Positions 36,006 through 37,419 of a stretch of DNA of 37,419 bases are shown piece by piece; position 1 is the stretch's first letter, and each line of letters begins with the position of its first letter. The position numbers were made by a program, and so were the translations under genes. Source of the stretch: an uncultured Candidatus Saccharibacteria bacterium (GTDB lineage Bacteria; Patescibacteriota; Minisyncoccia; 2-02-FULL-40-12); contig CAYHZG010000003.1 of the NCBI GenBank assembly GCA_964361105.1, positions 1 through 37,419 on the forward strand. The letters are read 5' to 3'. Under the pieces are notes generated by a model, which did not search any database, was not told the origin of the DNA, and was given only the letters and a program-made list of their open reading frames with translations.

Positions 36006-37207
36006 AAAATAAATCACTCATTCTGGTAATAATTATTTCTTTGGCTTTGGGTTTTTTTGCCGGCACGGAATTTCAGAAAACCAAAGTGTCGGACGGCGGA
36101 TTAAGAGAGCTGATTAACCGTGGCTCGGGTCAGCCAGCCGCAGTTGATTTTGGCCTATTTTGGGACGCTTGGAACCTGATTCATGAAAAATATGTTGGCC
36201 GTTCTGAGCTGGATACCCAAGAAATGGTTTTTGGAGCGATTGAAGGAATGGTTAAAAGCATCGGCGATCCGTTTACTGTATTTTTAAAAGAAGAACAAAG
36301 CAAACGGCTGCAAGAAGACATTAGTGGGGAATTTGCCGGGGTCGGAATAGAGATCGGTTTAAGAGATGATATTTTGATGGTGATAGCGCCTTTAAAAGAT
36401 ACGCCGGCTGACCGGGCTGGAGTGCTTGCCGGTGATAAAATTATAAAAATCGATGGCGAATCAACGGCTGGGATTACTTTGGAGGAGGCGGTTTCAAAAA
36501 TAAGAGGCAGAAGGGGAACAGAAGTTGTTTTAACGATTTCCCGGAAAAAAGACGGCAAAGAAGAAACAAGTGATTTTAGTATAATCAGAGACAAAATTAA
36601 AATCCCAACGGTCAAATGGGAAGTAAAGGAGCTAGACATTGGCTATATCCAGCTTTTCAGCTTTAACCAGATAGCTAAAGGTGAATTTGATAAAGCCCTC
36701 GTTGAATTAAAAAAGCAAGGGGCGGATAAGAAATTGATTCTCGATTTAAGAAATAACCCCGGTGGGCTTCTTGACTTAGCCATTGATATCTCAAGCTATT
36801 TTCTGGAGCCGGGCCAGGTGGTGGTGATAGAGGATTTTGGCAACGGTCAAAAAGACGAATTAAAAACAAGATCAAACGGCCGGCTAAAGAATGCCAAGAT
36901 TGTGATTTTGATAAATAAAGGCTCGGCTTCGGCTTCGGAAATTGTGGCCGGCGCTTTGCATGATAATCGTGGAGTTAAGCTGATAGGGGAGAAGACCTTT
37001 GGGAAGGGTTCGGTCCAGCAGGTTGAAGAATTGAGGTTTAAAACGGCTTTAAAGATTACCGTAGCCAAGTGGTTGACGCCGAAAGGTCGGTCAATTACTG
37101 ATGAAGGGATTGAGCCGGATATTAAAGTGGAAAGGAAAGAAGAGGATATAAAAGAGGGGAGAGACCCGCAATTAGATAAGGCGATTGAAGTTATCCGCTC
37201 GCTATAG
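36002..37207 (+). CDS. ctpA: Carboxy-terminal processing protease, S41 family with PDZ domain
   Basis: GDPFT, GVGIEIG, LDLRNNPGG, GSASASEIVAGAL, GEKTFGKGSVQ, GIEPD, DPQLDKA. Confidence 0.93.
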   Translation: MKNKSLILVIIISLALGFFAGTEFQKTKVSDGGLRELINRGSGQPAAVDFGLFWDAWNLIHEKYVGRSELDTQEMVFGAIEGMVKSIGDPFTVFLKEEQSKRLQEDISGEFAGVGIEIGLRDDILMVIAPLKDTPADRAGVLAGDKIIKIDGESTAGITLEEAVSKIRGRRGTEVVLTISRKKDGKEETSDFSIIRDKIKIPTVKWEVKELDIGYIQLFSFNQIAKGEFDKALVELKKQGADKKLILDLRNNPGGLLDLAIDISSYFLEPGQVVVIEDFGNGQKDELKTRSNGRLKNAKIVILINKGSASASEIVAGALHDNRGVKLIGEKTFGKGSVQQVEELRFKTALKITVAKWLTPKGRSITDEGIEPDIKVERKEEDIKEGRDPQLDKAIEVIRSL

Positions 37208-37386
37208 CCCTACCTTTGGCAATGCCTTTCAGGAAACGTTCGGCCACGTACAACTTTAATAATTAGTTTGGTTCTCTGTTTATCAGAATAAACCCTCGCT
37301 CCTCGCTCGCCTCGCTACATATCTTATCTTCTCTTAACGGCTCGGCTCATGAGGTTCCTGAGAAGGCATCGCCAAACGGGCTATAG
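37202..37386 (-). repeat. Family C element, copy 2 (inverted; core 37232-37359)
   Basis: Core matches 27567-27693; closing stem CTATAGCCC/GGGCTATAG, TTTGGC/GCCAAA, ATGCCTT/AAGGCAT. Confidence 0.85.
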
Positions 37387-37419
37387 TTCGCTAAAAACAA
37401 CGAAGCCACCATTGCTTAC

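Noticed and set aside
1-37419. Alternative genetic code 25 (TGA = Gly)
   Set aside because: lon, murE and mreB end at TGA at expected lengths and conserved genes have no internal TGA

Overview
Single-strand-biased (+) chromosomal segment from a small-genome bacterium. The gene content and protein families (giant Ser/Thr-rich surface protein, CPR-style cupredoxin and Cys-repeat proteins, short L13, CTD-less RpoA, almost no Shine-Dalgarno motifs) point to Patescibacteria/Parcubacteria; this is inference. TGA is used as stop, so code 11. The left 10 kb is a surface-protein cluster: a giant repeat protein with an autoproteolytic-chaperone-like domain, a TMTC-like GT-C/TPR glycosyltransferase, a methyltransferase and a DUF2341/LamG protein. 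The rest is mostly housekeeping: murE, archease, presenilin-like protease, LOG-like, lon, mnmA, editing-less alaS, infA-rpmJ-rpsM-rpsK-rpsD-rpoA-rplQ-rplM-rpsI, mreB, a GT4 and an S41 protease. The most striking signal is non-coding: several families of short palindromic elements fill intergenic gaps and sit in-frame inside genes. Family A (YCCCGTTAGAAG...CTTCTAACGGGR, about 111-116 nt) occurs five times. In all five copies the last base of the element is the first base of the downstream start codon, and three copies have a 4-bp TGRA duplication, as if the element inserts into start codons and regenerates them. Other notable items are an RpoA whose alpha-CTD is replaced by an AT-hook, a twice-repeated 128-nt core with unrelated closing stems, a shared rpsM/rpsD leader and a ~340-nt rod-like structure. 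I found no tRNA, rRNA, CRISPR array or transposase gene. All calls are by eye; no database searches were run.
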